DNA of 64,000 nt from Fimbriosthenelais zetlandica (Eukaryota). This document shows positions 63,301-64,000 of the stretch, one piece after another. Within the stretch, counting starts at the first letter, position 1, and each line of letters starts with the position of its first letter. The position numbers and the translations under genes are program-made. The stretch covers positions 15,004,001 through 15,068,000 of the forward strand of contig OZ365112.1 in assembly GCA_977030845.1 (NCBI GenBank), written 5' to 3'. Under the pieces are notes generated by a model. That model saw only the letters and a program-made list of their open reading frames with translations. It made no database searches and had not been told where the DNA came from.

Positions 63301-64000
63301 AGTTACCATTCCTCTCATGAATTCTCCCCATATTGGTATATTTACCCGGGGTAAATTGGCTCACTGCCAAAAAGTTCCAACCGCAAGGGGTATGTCAACC
63401 CCTCTATGAGGAATTATGAATTTTCATTAGGCCTCCAAAACATCGACGTGTCATGGGAGACGAGTATACCTCCCTGCTCTCAAAGACTTTTAGTTTCTAT
63501 AGACGAAGCAGCGCACAAATGTGTGAGACTTTGAACATTTTACCCACTGACATGAGTTGAATAGTAATGGTTTTAATTAGAATTTGAATGTATAATTAGG
63601 GTGAGAGGTGGGGGAGAGCATGGGAATGTTGTTTGTCATTACAGGGTCTATGTTCATGCTCCATGTGTTGTGTTAAGTGTATCATTCATCATTTTACGAT
63701 CTTCACCTTCTTGCTATTATAGGGAATATAACATAGATCCACATTCCTATTACAGACTCATCGACCTGTCACCGGCTAGGATGGGTGGTGACATAGTCTA
63801 TTTGTAGAGGCTTATCTTTAGTTTAATGCTCATTTCAAGCTGTTAGATAAACTCTTGCAATGCTGACAGTATCAGCAAAGAAATCCGGTACTCAAGTTGT
63901 GGGTGTATTGAAGTCTCTTGAGTAATTGATGACGTCAGGCTAATTGTGTTATTTAGATTCTTACCATTTTCTCAAGGGAAAAAATGATAATTTAAAGCTG

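Noticed and set aside
63340-63356. 17-bp odd palindrome ATTTACCC-G-GGGTAAAT
   Set aside because: Isolated, with 8-bp arms; no associated element boundaries.
63724-63807. Good acceptor (CTTCTTGCTATTATAG) near the window end as a further MPRIP exon
   Set aside because: The phase-0 frame stops after two codons, and the open frame has no convincing donor or MPRIP similarity.

Overview
Eukaryotic (animal, probably invertebrate bilaterian; species cannot be determined) genomic DNA, roughly 38% GC by eye. It holds three intron-containing genes, whose exons I assembled by hand from splice signals and reading frame. (1) ECHS1, + strand, 7 coding exons, 482-2356, complete. (2) ZNF830/CCDC16, - strand, 9 coding exons, 5158-2967, complete. 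It is tail-to-tail with ECHS1, and its first intron is a minor-spliceosome (U12) AT-AC intron. (3) The 5' part of a large MPRIP/Outspread-family gene, + strand, head-to-head with ZNF830. Its exons lie at 5688, 6758, 20088, 44299 and 44633, with a probable micro-exon at 45717, and the gene continues past the window. Inside the MPRIP introns are a complete 738-bp non-autonomous TIR transposon with a target-site duplication, two ~290-codon disordered ORFs that look like giant alternative first exons (43303, 56493), and an unidentified intronless 139-aa globular-looking ORF with its own polyA signal (47483). I found no rRNA, tRNA, CRISPR array or transposase/RT coding region. Homology statements come from remembered protein sequences, not database searches.
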